A DNA stretch of 64,000 bases, from IMG/VR virus record IMGVR_UViG_3300035696_001272; one strand, given 5' to 3'. This document shows positions 1 through 8,430 of this stretch, in pieces. The stretch is from a virus. Its lineage: Duplodnaviria > Heunggongvirae > Uroviricota > Caudoviricetes. The position numbers were made by a program, and so were the translations under genes. Under the pieces are notes generated by a model. It ran no database searches, had not been told where the DNA came from, and saw only the letters and a list, made by a program, of their open reading frames with translations. Numbering within the stretch: position 1 is the first letter of the stretch; every line of letters starts with the position of its first letter.

Positions 1-1
1 T

Positions 2-289
2 AGCACCAAGTCCATCAACTATTGTGATGTCAAGGGCTCTTATTGGGCACAAGGCAGCAACAAGACCGCTTATTTGTTCTTAGGTGATGTGGCCTTCGGT
101 AATCAGAAGATTGCTGGCGGGTCTCATATGTATACCAAGAACAATATCAAACCAAACCACTCTGTGTGGGCTAAGTCTGGTGGATCTTCTGGATTGTACA
201 ACGATGAGTTGATTACCTACACTGCCACTGGTCCCGAGCAACAACACGCTATCCGCTATATCATTGAATTCGAAACTCAGGTGAAGTGA
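2..289 (+). CDS. PARP-family ADP-ribosyltransferase, C-terminal catalytic fragment (5' end lies upstream of the window)
   Basis: Frame is open from the window edge. STKSINYCDV..LFLGDVAFGN..HSVWAKSGG..LYNDELITYT..YIIEFE parallels the PARP1 C-terminus (SKSANYC..LLGEVALGN..HSVKGLG..LLYNEYIVYD..YLLKLKF), including the catalytic Glu. Confidence 0.6.
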   Translation, partial: STKSINYCDVKGSYWAQGSNKTAYLFLGDVAFGNQKIAGGSHMYTKNNIKPNHSVWAKSGGSSGLYNDELITYTATGPEQQHAIRYIIEFETQVK

Positions 290-660
290 TGCCTCGCTAT
301 ATTGTTAAGTTGACTGAAGACGACAAGTCTTGGTATATGGAATGGTCTACTGTCGTAGATGCTCCTCGCACTTTCGGTATGTCTTTGGAAGAATTCAAAG
401 AATATTATAAGGAGGAGTACGGCCGGTCTTCATTGCAAGAGCTTGAGGACAGACTCAAACGTGTTGAGGAAAGAGGAACTAGCTGTATGCTTGATAAATC
501 GGCTGAGGATACTATTTCCTGGAACCGAGCTGGCAAAGACGAAACCAATCTTTCCATAAAACAAATCATTGATTTCTACTGTAAATTGCCAGAACTCAAA
601 ACTGATGAAGAGTTTAAGGCTTATGAAGAAACCAAACCAAGAGGCAAGAAACATGGTTGA
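286..660 (+). CDS. hypothetical protein
   Basis: ATGA overlap with the upstream stop; 124 aa; coiled-coil-like segment; no recognisable motif. Confidence 0.45.
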   Translation: MMPRYIVKLTEDDKSWYMEWSTVVDAPRTFGMSLEEFKEYYKEEYGRSSLQELEDRLKRVEERGTSCMLDKSAEDTISWNRAGKDETNLSIKQIIDFYCKLPELKTDEEFKAYEETKPRGKKHG

Positions 661-970
661 AATATTGCAGGGAGAATTAGTTTACCTTTTCGAAGGTCGT
701 GGCGACGTTGATCAAACTGAAGGCCGTGGCGGCACTCGATGTGTTGGATGGTATCTTTCTCGTAAAGATGCTGAAAACGCCGTTAAGAATGAAGGTGTAA
801 TGGGTACACCTGGCTATGTCAAATCTCATCAGGCACTTGCTGTACGAATGGATAATGGCGATTTTCAATACTACAAAATTGAAAAGCTGGAAGTTGAAAC
901 TGTGGAAACCGCTCGTCAACGTGCGCTGGCCAAGCTAACTCCAGAAGAGAAGAAATTATTGGGCTTATGA
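653..970 (+). CDS. hypothetical protein
   Basis: ATG at 653 is in frame within the 569..970 ORF and avoids most of the overlap; no motif. Confidence 0.4.
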   Translation: MVEILQGELVYLFEGRGDVDQTEGRGGTRCVGWYLSRKDAENAVKNEGVMGTPGYVKSHQALAVRMDNGDFQYYKIEKLEVETVETARQRALAKLTPEEKKLLGL

Positions 971-1446
971 TTGAAATAGTAACGGGTGATCTTTTCGAAG
1001 CCACTGAAAAATATCTTTGTCATCAATGCAATTGTGTGACTAACAAGGCCGCACACTTAGCAAAAGATATGTTCGAGAAGTTCCCACATTCTGACATCTA
1101 CACTGCACGCACCGAAGCTGACAAGCCCGGTCATATCATCATTCGTGGTGATGGTCAGAATGAAAGATTCGTTGTCGCTTTACTCGGTCAGTATTATCCC
1201 GGTCGACCAAAGTACCCTCTTTCCAATTTAGATGGTTCTGCGGTTCGCGAGAAATACTTCTACCGTTGCTTGCTGCGCCTGGCCAAAGTGCCCGACTTGG
1301 AAAGTATAGCATTCCCCTGGCGCATTGGGTGCGGTGCGGCAGGTGGTGATTGGGAACATTACCTTGGCAATATTACTAACTTTGCTCAATATGTTGGTGA
1401 AAAAGGAGTCAAAGTGCGTATTTACAGGCGTGAGGGAGACGAGTAA
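967..1446 (+). CDS. macro domain protein, TARG1/OARD1-like (ADP-ribose glycohydrolase family)
   Basis: ATGA overlap; MIEIVTGDLFEA..LCHQCNC...FPWRIGCGAAGGDWEHY matches the OARD1 pattern GDLF..HC..C...PRIGCGLD.L.WE. Confidence 0.6.
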   Translation: MIEIVTGDLFEATEKYLCHQCNCVTNKAAHLAKDMFEKFPHSDIYTARTEADKPGHIIIRGDGQNERFVVALLGQYYPGRPKYPLSNLDGSAVREKYFYRCLLRLAKVPDLESIAFPWRIGCGAAGGDWEHYLGNITNFAQYVGEKGVKVRIYRREGDE

Positions 1447-1757
1447 TGTCCAAAGCATACATATCGAACAAGTCAGTGGGTAAACTCATATCAGAAACAC
1501 AAGACAAAGCTCTTGCCCGTTTAACTATAGATCCTACGCTACTCTTCGACTATTATGTGTCCCTCACGGTTTACGATTGTGGTGGAACCTGGCAAGCCTG
1601 GTTGGATTATGGAAAATCAGGCGAGAAACCTACACACGAAGTTGTCGTTGATGGCCGAGAATATGTAGAAGGTAAAACGTTGCGAGGAGCTATTATCAAG
1701 TTGCGAAAACAAGTCCTTGATAAAGATATCTCGATCTCAATAAGGAGACACAAGTAA
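1446..1757 (+). CDS. hypothetical protein
   Basis: TAATG overlap; 103 aa; no motif. Confidence 0.4.
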   Translation: MSKAYISNKSVGKLISETQDKALARLTIDPTLLFDYYVSLTVYDCGGTWQAWLDYGKSGEKPTHEVVVDGREYVEGKTLRGAIIKLRKQVLDKDISISIRRHK

Positions 1758-2189
1758 ATGGCAATCAAATTCTATCGTACCAAAGACCCTTATGGTTTCC
1801 TTGGAAACTATTACCGAGCCCGAATGTTCATTTATGGGCGCTGGTGGAATTGGAATGAACAGCCTTACCAGGCCGCTAAGACTACCGTTCAATCTGAGAT
1901 TGATGCTATCTGGGCGGCTCCGAAGGCCAATGAGTCTCGCCTTTTGGGACAAAAAGTAACCATGCGCCCCGATTGGGATCAAGTCAAACGTCAGGTTATG
2001 AAAGAGTGTTGCATGGCTAAGTTCTTGCAACATCCAGAATTGCGTAAGCAGCTAATGGAAACTGGTGACCAAGAACTTATTGAAGACTCCCCGGTAGATT
2101 GGTATTGGGGAATTGGCGCTGATGGTAAAGGCCAAAATGTGCTCGGCCAAGTTTTAATGGAGATTCGAGAGGAGTTAAAAGGTGAGTGA
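1758..2189 (+). CDS. NADAR (YbiA-like, DUF1768) domain protein
   Basis: TAAGGAGA RBS; FLGNYY..WNWNEQPYQAAK...RPDWDQVKRQVM...DSPVDWYWGIGADGKGQNVLGQVLMEIR matches the NADAR signature (EHAYQAAKF...DW...D..WG.G.DG.G.N.LG). Confidence 0.65.
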   Translation: MAIKFYRTKDPYGFLGNYYRARMFIYGRWWNWNEQPYQAAKTTVQSEIDAIWAAPKANESRLLGQKVTMRPDWDQVKRQVMKECCMAKFLQHPELRKQLMETGDQELIEDSPVDWYWGIGADGKGQNVLGQVLMEIREELKGE

Positions 2190-2388
2190 ATTAGCTCTTA
2201 GATTTTTACAGCTTGTTGAAGATACTAAAAATCTATGTAAAGAAACTGGTTGCAGCATAGGTCTGATCAAAGCTATCCCAGAGTCTATTTATGAGGAAGT
2301 AAGGCCATTTTTAGAATGTGGATGTCTAGATTATGTTGAATTAAATGAAGATGGCAAGAAACTTTTAGAGTCACCTCCCGCCCCTTGA
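2182..2388 (+). CDS. hypothetical protein
   Basis: GTG start after a GAGGAG RBS; 68 aa. Confidence 0.3.
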   Translation: MSELALRFLQLVEDTKNLCKETGCSIGLIKAIPESIYEEVRPFLECGCLDYVELNEDGKKLLESPPAP

Positions 2389-2434
2389 CTTTTATTTTTA
2401 AAGATACAAATTACACAAATTAGGAGAAATTACA

Positions 2435-2917
2435 ATGGCAAATTTAGAAGATACAGTTCGTTCAGTCGTGCAAGATTTTATCAAGAATGAGGTTTTGTTT
2501 ACGGCATTGGACGTAAGCAATGCGGTCAAACAGGCACTTCCACACGCTAAGCATCGTGAAGTGAGAGACGTGGTTCGTGCAATGTTCACCACAGATATCG
2601 AGACCCAAGGTTGGGCTCGTACACCAATCTCCGTTACCTTAGCAGATGGTTCTCAGGCTGATGCCCTATTGTATCATCCATTGGTTGATTCCTGGGATTT
2701 GGATGCCAAGTATGATGACCAGAAGCGCAAGTCTTTTGCTTTCCGTCCAGCCGCTGCTGCCCAAGCAACGCTTGCTCGGGCACAAGCTCAAGCACAAACC
2801 GTTCCTGCCCCAGCACCAGTTCCAACTGTTGTTCCAGCTCCAGCTGCTCCAGCTTCAGCACGCTCAATGTGGGATAATCTTTTCAAGACACAACCGTCTA
2901 TCTTCCCAAAGAAGTAA
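2435..2917 (+). CDS. hypothetical protein with Ala/Pro/Gln-rich low-complexity tail
   Basis: AGGAGA RBS; 160 aa; AQAQAQTVPAPAPVPTVVPAPAAPA tail. Confidence 0.45.
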   Translation: MANLEDTVRSVVQDFIKNEVLFTALDVSNAVKQALPHAKHREVRDVVRAMFTTDIETQGWARTPISVTLADGSQADALLYHPLVDSWDLDAKYDDQKRKSFAFRPAAAAQATLARAQAQAQTVPAPAPVPTVVPAPAAPASARSMWDNLFKTQPSIFPKK

Positions 2918-2919
2918 TC

Positions 2920-3147
2920 ATGCAAGCTAAAATGCAGAGCAGGATTAAGTCTGTCAAAAGACTTCCTGACGATTCGACTGTAGAATTGGAATTCATGGGT
3001 AAAGTGACCAATACTACACTCATCAATGCCAAGGATATCAAAATGACCGCTAGTCTATCACTCAAAACTGCTCTGGCCGACCAGATCAGAGTTGGTTCCG
3101 TGATTACAATCACTCTAAGTGATGAAGAGCCAGAAAAGGTTGACTGA
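2920..3147 (+). CDS. hypothetical protein
   Basis: 75 aa; tight junctions. Confidence 0.35.
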   Translation: MQAKMQSRIKSVKRLPDDSTVELEFMGKVTNTTLINAKDIKMTASLSLKTALADQIRVGSVITITLSDEEPEKVD

Positions 3148-3862
3148 AATGGGAAGCGTTTACGTTGTAGTTGCTACACGCGATGAAGAAATTGAAAATT
3201 GTGAAACCTTTGCCGGTGTGCAGTCAGCATTAGGCAGAGCTTTCCAGTTAGCTACCAACAAGGCTGGTAGTGTCAATAGTGATTGGGTTATTACCTCACC
3301 CAGTGAAGAGACAATGCCTGATGGCTCCATTCGCTGGACTTTCATGGACACATCTAAACAAAAGGTCATGGTTTTCTATCGCAAGATTGAGGAATCTCTT
3401 TTGTCTCAGAAGGACCCCATGAGTTTCTTGGGTGGTCTTAGCAATACCAAAGATGTTCCAAGAGATGTAGTGCCAGCAGGTCATCTTGATCCGATGCAGA
3501 GTTCTTTTTCAAGTAAGTACTTTGTAGTGACACTCGTGCCTCCATATGAATTTATGGATCCTACCTTACCTGTTGGATGGTTTCTTGATAACAAGCCAGC
3601 TGTAATGCAGGATTTACTCAATCGACCCTTTGACGTTAAAGATCCTGCATGGCTCTCTGATGATCAAAAATGGGCACTGGTAACGGCTCGTGTGCGCAAA
3701 TCTCCAGGGTTCCTAACTGATATTGGTGGTGGCCTCAATCAGCAAGAGTCTCTGCTTGAGTTTAAGAACAAAACTCTAGATGGTGAATTGATTAGGGACG
3801 AAGAGATCGATGGCCTTCACGAACTTCGTGAAGCTCTAATAAACGATACTGACCACGCTTGA
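3119..3862 (+). CDS. hypothetical protein (the start may be the ATG at 3149)
   Basis: 247 aa open frame; no motif. Confidence 0.45.
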   Translation: MMKSQKRLTEMGSVYVVVATRDEEIENCETFAGVQSALGRAFQLATNKAGSVNSDWVITSPSEETMPDGSIRWTFMDTSKQKVMVFYRKIEESLLSQKDPMSFLGGLSNTKDVPRDVVPAGHLDPMQSSFSSKYFVVTLVPPYEFMDPTLPVGWFLDNKPAVMQDLLNRPFDVKDPAWLSDDQKWALVTARVRKSPGFLTDIGGGLNQQESLLEFKNKTLDGELIRDEEIDGLHELREALINDTDHA

Positions 3863-4474
3863 TTATCGCTTTTCTGATTTGGTTACTTCTTGTTGACCGG
3901 CTCTAAAATCAGGAATAACTGTCATCGTCTGTTGAAGACGAGGTGGTGGCAATTGTGCTGAGACTGGTGGTTCAATCAAAGGATGTTGGACCATGAATTG
4001 TCTAGTGCGCGTGGCTAAAGCTTTCAATCTATCCAAGCTACGCATTTCAGGATGTTGTAGCATTGGGCCAGCTGTAAAATCTACATTGGTCAGTAGTAAG
4101 TGTTGCTTAGCCAGAAAATCTAGGTTGTCTATGATGGAGCTGCTAGGTTTTTCCAAAACTAGTTGAACCAATTTTTTAGCGCCATCATATGGCTTCTCTC
4201 TGTTGAGTTCCCTAATGATTGCGTGCAGTTCTTGATAAACTTTGATCAGCATCTTCATCATTTTGGCGTCAAGTTGTCGCTCTCTCAACACAACTATTTC
4301 CCCACCCAATTCGCCAGTTATAGCACGAAGAGAGTCATGAAGTTGTTCATAGAATTTGTCCAATAAGGCGCGTTGTGTTTTATATGCTACACTAGGGGCA
4401 GGTAATTGGCCAGTAATTTCATCAGCCAATGACACAAATTGGTCAATCATTTTACAGACTTTTTCATGGGACAT
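3863..4474 (-). CDS. hypothetical protein (lone minus-strand gene)
   Basis: 203 aa ORF exactly fills the gap between plus-strand genes and starts with ATG (MSHEK). Confidence 0.4.
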   Translation of the reverse strand: MSHEKVCKMIDQFVSLADEITGQLPAPSVAYKTQRALLDKFYEQLHDSLRAITGELGGEIVVLRERQLDAKMMKMLIKVYQELHAIIRELNREKPYDGAKKLVQLVLEKPSSSIIDNLDFLAKQHLLLTNVDFTAGPMLQHPEMRSLDRLKALATRTRQFMVQHPLIEPPVSAQLPPPRLQQTMTVIPDFRAGQQEVTKSEKR

Positions 4475-4491
4475 AGGGCACCTAAAGTAAT

Positions 4492-5118
4492 ATGAAATTA
4501 TTCAATAGTATCCAAGAATTGTGGGAATACTGCGAGTTTTGTCCACTCTGCTCTAAAAACTGTCGTCCCGTAGATATATCTGTCGGACCTGATATGGTTT
4601 TTAAGCTTTCTTCTTTTCAAAAGAATAGCGATAGTTTAGATTTGCACTGCTCATTTGGCAATAAATCAAGCGTATATTTATTGGATTATTCCATCAATTG
4701 CATGGATAATACGTTTGATATACAAGTTTCGGACGAGACAATTATTGAACCGGTTCATGTTGCCAAGAGCAAAAGAGTAAAAGAGGCTTATTTTTTCTTT
4801 TATGTCCAAGGAATTTGTCCAGAATGTGAATGTTCGACGGCAAACAGCTTTGATTTAGAGTTTGACATGTTAGAGAGAAGAGTCGTTAACATTGGATTAG
4901 AGCGCGAAACCTTTAGTCTATATGGAAAAGATGAACAGTTCTACGTTACACTTTCTCATGATAGAAATGTAATGTTGGTTAGTAAAATTCACCAGTCTAA
5001 CAAGAAGGATGGCAATTTCATTTTCGGGCCACCTCTAGAACTTCCCTTAGTTAACTTAAGCTTATCTGATCTAGAAAAAGCAATCAACAAAATCAAGACG
5101 CTCATTTTATTTAGTTGA
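4492..5118 (+). CDS. hypothetical Cys-rich protein
   Basis: 208 aa; CEFCPLCSKNC...CPECEC clusters. Confidence 0.45.
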   Translation: MKLFNSIQELWEYCEFCPLCSKNCRPVDISVGPDMVFKLSSFQKNSDSLDLHCSFGNKSSVYLLDYSINCMDNTFDIQVSDETIIEPVHVAKSKRVKEAYFFFYVQGICPECECSTANSFDLEFDMLERRVVNIGLERETFSLYGKDEQFYVTLSHDRNVMLVSKIHQSNKKDGNFIFGPPLELPLVNLSLSDLEKAINKIKTLILFS

Positions 5119-5126
5119 GGTAATCC

Positions 5127-5330
5127 ATGTCTACTTTTAGTGAAGCTAATCAGGTTCGTCTCGCCCTGAAAATGAAATTATCCCAGTACTCGTGGTATAG
5201 TTCCAGCAGGATTTTTCCAGTTGATGATGGTTTTGGTATCATTGTTGGTGTCAGACATCTAGACAACTCAATTCGTAAACTGGTGGCACCAGTTATCGAT
5301 GGTATTACAGTTAAAACAGAGTTAGAATGA
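5127..5330 (+). CDS. hypothetical protein
   Basis: GAGG RBS; 67 aa. Confidence 0.35.
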   Translation: MSTFSEANQVRLALKMKLSQYSWYSSSRIFPVDDGFGIIVGVRHLDNSIRKLVAPVIDGITVKTELE

Positions 5331-6037
5331 AGATTCAACGTATTTCAGATAAGTTTGTTAGGAATTTCAAAATGCGCATTTGCCACATTAGTGACACACA
5401 TGGACAATTTCCAAGACTGTATGGGCGCTACGATGTAGTTGTTCATACTGGAGATCTGTTCCCGAATAGTCACAATGTTGGCCAAAACTTGGCAAAAGAG
5501 CAAGCCTTTCAGCTTCAGTGGCTGCGTGATTCCATGGGTGAGATTAAACAGTGGCTACAAGGGCGCACGCTCTTATATGTCCCAGGTAACCACGACTTTT
5601 TGGATTCCAGTTTGATGGAATTCGAAATGCACAAAGCTGGTCTGGAAGCCTTTGATCTAACAGATAAAATGCTTTCCTACAACGACGTCAACTTTTTTGG
5701 ATTCCCTTATGTTCCCGCCATCAATGGTATGTGGAACTATGAGAGGGAGATTCCTGAAATGGAAAAAGAAGTAGAGAAGTTAGTGGCAGCATGTAACGAT
5801 CAACACATCGATGTGCTGGCTTGCCACGCCCCTCTTTACAAGAGTCTTGATCTTTCTATGGGCAATCAGATTTTGGGTAGCTCCGTAATCTCTAATGCCC
5901 TGGATTACAAGGTTGCAAGGGACATGATGCCCTCCTATTATCTGTGCGGTCATATCCATGAAGCTAATGGAATAACTGTGCGTAATGGTATGGTAATTAG
6001 CAACGCTGCTACTACTAGGCATATAATCGAGGTTTAA
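5327..6037 (+). CDS. calcineurin-like metallophosphoesterase
   Basis: ATGA overlap; ICHISDTHG...VVHTGDL...GNHD...GHIH metallophosphatase motifs. Confidence 0.65.
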   Translation: MKIQRISDKFVRNFKMRICHISDTHGQFPRLYGRYDVVVHTGDLFPNSHNVGQNLAKEQAFQLQWLRDSMGEIKQWLQGRTLLYVPGNHDFLDSSLMEFEMHKAGLEAFDLTDKMLSYNDVNFFGFPYVPAINGMWNYEREIPEMEKEVEKLVAACNDQHIDVLACHAPLYKSLDLSMGNQILGSSVISNALDYKVARDMMPSYYLCGHIHEANGITVRNGMVISNAATTRHIIEV

Positions 6038-6038
6038 T

Positions 6039-6395
6039 ATGAAAGTCAAACCTAAAGAAGTATTGGTTAACGTTCCGGTGGTGCTGCTCTTTGATGACAA
6101 GGACAGCATCCCGGAATTGGCCAGTAATTTCAATACCTTTTTGCATGGAAAGGTGAAACTAAAATACGAAGAGATTGGAATTTTGAATGGTCAATTCGTT
6201 GCGATATTTTATTTGCAAAGAGGAGATGAGTTCCAGCAACTCAGGGATCAATTTTCAAGTTTGATTGAACAAGAAGAAATGATGAAGCATCCTGCCCCCA
6301 AATCTTATGTTCCATCTTGCACACGATGCGGTGTTGATGGCTATGACGATGATGGCACTTATCGCTGTTCAATATGTAATCAAATTTTAGGATAA
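6039..6395 (+). CDS. hypothetical protein with C-terminal zinc ribbon
   Basis: CTRCG...CSICN. Confidence 0.4.
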   Translation: MKVKPKEVLVNVPVVLLFDDKDSIPELASNFNTFLHGKVKLKYEEIGILNGQFVAIFYLQRGDEFQQLRDQFSSLIEQEEMMKHPAPKSYVPSCTRCGVDGYDDDGTYRCSICNQILG

Positions 6396-6400
6396 TGTAA

Positions 6401-6715
6401 ATGAACATTAAGACTAAAGCCAAAGAATGGCTAATTCAACACGAGCATTACGAACATGAACCATCGTTCAACGATGATTTGGAAAGTCTATCAAAGCTAA
6501 TCGAGAGTATTGCGTATTATGAGGGCGTCCTTTCTGATGAGCCCGAATATGATGAAACATTTGGTGATAACAAAACTTGTGAGTGTGGCTGCGCATATTA
6601 TCGCCATTTCGACACTTATTCTAATATGGATGCTGTTGGTTGCAAATATTGTTACCATGGCGATCACTATGGTGACAATTGTTGTGCTGGTTTCAGAGAA
6701 AGAAAAGAAGCGTGA
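6401..6715 (+). CDS. hypothetical Cys/His-rich metal-binding protein
   Basis: CECGC..C.YCYHGDHYGDNCC. Confidence 0.4.
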   Translation: MNIKTKAKEWLIQHEHYEHEPSFNDDLESLSKLIESIAYYEGVLSDEPEYDETFGDNKTCECGCAYYRHFDTYSNMDAVGCKYCYHGDHYGDNCCAGFRERKEA

Positions 6716-7197
6716 TTGTTGCATTCACTGGCCACAGACCAGATAAGTTGGGAGGTTACAAGGTACCCAATCCAATGTACATCAAGGTCTGCAGAGAAAT
6801 TGACAAGGTTCTAAGGGAGCTGAAGCCAGAGAAAGTTATCACTGGAATGGCTTTGGGTGTGGATCAGTGGGCAGCCATGATTGCTCACAAGATGGAGATT
6901 CCATTCCTTGCCGCCATCCCTTTTGAAAAGCAAGAGGCCAAATGGCCTGAGCAAAGCCAAAAGACTTACCGTCTTTTACGCAAGCTAGCCTCGGAAGAAG
7001 TTATCGTAAGTCCTGGCGGTTATTCTGCCGACAAAATGCAGACTAGAAACAAGTGGATGGTGGACCATTGTGATAAACTTATCGCAATATGGGATGGATC
7101 TTCTGGTGGCACCGGCAATTGTATCAATTATGCGAAATCTATTAAAAGGGAAATCATTTATATCGATCCCAAAGCCACTACTACAACTGGAGTGTAA
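6679..7197 (+). CDS. YpsA/DUF1273-family SLOG-superfamily protein
   Basis: VIVAFTGHRP..GVDQWAAMIA..IPFEKQEAKWPEQSQKTYRLL..NKWMVDHCDKLIAIWDGSSGG parallels B. subtilis YpsA (TGYKP..GVELWAAEAA..ITPFYEQEKNWKEPNKEQYEAVL..NQWFIDKSDGLLLLYDPEKEGS). Confidence 0.55.
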   Translation: MLCWFQRKKRSVIVAFTGHRPDKLGGYKVPNPMYIKVCREIDKVLRELKPEKVITGMALGVDQWAAMIAHKMEIPFLAAIPFEKQEAKWPEQSQKTYRLLRKLASEEVIVSPGGYSADKMQTRNKWMVDHCDKLIAIWDGSSGGTGNCINYAKSIKREIIYIDPKATTTTGV

Positions 7198-8430
7198 ATG
7201 AGCACTTATCAGCCTAATAAATTCCGTGTTTATTCAAAGCAAGACGTAGCAAGACTAAAAGGTTCTTTTGATATCGAATATACGCTCGCCAAGATGGGCG
7301 CTAACAGATTATGGCAACTATTCAATACGCAGCCATATGTTAAAGCCTTAGGAGCATTAACTGGAAATCAAGCCGTTCAACAGGTGAAAGCTGGATTGGA
7401 TGCCGTTTATCTTTCTGGTTGGCAAGTGGCAGCTGACGCTAATCTGGCCGGTCAAATGTATCCTGATCAATCCTTGTACCCTGCCAACAGCGTCCCTAAT
7501 GTGGTTAAGAAGGTCAATTCGGCTCTAATGAGGGCTGATCAGATTGAACATTCTGAAGGCGGTACACAAAGATATTGGATGGCTCCTATCATCGCTGACG
7601 CAGAGGCCGGCTTTGGTGGTCCTCTTAATTCATTCGAATTAATGAAGGCAATGATTGAAGCTGGAGCTGCTGGCGTTCACTTTGAAGACCAACTATCCTC
7701 TGAGAAGAAGTGTGGACATATGGGTGGCAAAGTTTTAGTCCCCATGTCTCATTTTATCAAGTCTTTGGTAGCAGCCAGGCTAGCCGCTGACATTTGCGGC
7801 ACTGATACCATTATCGTGGCTAGAACAGATGCCGACTCTGCTAAACTCCTGACTTCCAACATTGACGAAAAGGATTTACCATTTATTCTTTCAGATATTC
7901 GTACAGAAGAAGGATTTTACAAAATCAAAAGTGGTATGGAGTATTGCGTAGCCAGAGGCTTAGCCTTTGCCCCATATGCCGACATGCTTTGGATGGAAAC
8001 TTCCACTCCAGACATTGGACAGGCCAAAGAATTTGCCCAAGAGATTCATAAACAGTTTCCTAACAAACTTTTGATGTATAATTGTTCTCCTTCTTTCAAT
8101 TGGAAGAAAAACTTGACCGAATCTCAAATTGCCTCTTTCCAAGATGAATTAGGTTCATTTGGCTATAAATTCCAGTTCGTTACCCTGGCTGGCTTTCATG
8201 CTCTAAATCATTCCATGTTTTCTTTATCCAAGAATTACAGAGAGCAAGGCATGACTGCTTATGCCGCTTTACAAGAACAAGAGTTCGAGAACGTGGCCGC
8301 TGGATATACTGCCGTAAAACACCAACATGAAGTTGGTGCTAGTTATTTTGACGAAGTTTCCAAACTAGTTTCGGGTGGCTCTAGTGCTACCGTTGCTTTA
8401 GAGGGATCTACTGAAGAAAAACAATTCTAA
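7198..8430 (+). CDS. aceA: isocitrate lyase
   Basis: 410 aa; KKCGHMGGK signature; long colinear identity with E. coli AceA ([58 protein letters not shown]). Confidence 0.9.
   Translation: MSTYQPNKFRVYSKQDVARLKGSFDIEYTLAKMGANRLWQLFNTQPYVKALGALTGNQAVQQVKAGLDAVYLSGWQVAADANLAGQMYPDQSLYPANSVPNVVKKVNSALMRADQIEHSEGGTQRYWMAPIIADAEAGFGGPLNSFELMKAMIEAGAAGVHFEDQLSSEKKCGHMGGKVLVPMSHFIKSLVAARLAADICGTDTIIVARTDADSAKLLTSNIDEKDLPFILSDIRTEEGFYKIKSGMEYCVARGLAFAPYADMLWMETSTPDIGQAKEFAQEIHKQFPNKLLMYNCSPSFNWKKNLTESQIASFQDELGSFGYKFQFVTLAGFHALNHSMFSLSKNYREQGMTAYAALQEQEFENVAAGYTAVKHQHEVGASYFDEVSKLVSGGSSATVALEGSTEEKQF

Noticed and set aside
359-1004. Several short overlapping ORFs (359..559 plus, 430..654 minus, 677..919 minus, 819..1004 minus)
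   Set aside because: They overlap better-supported co-directional genes and lack starts with an RBS. They are treated as shadow ORFs.
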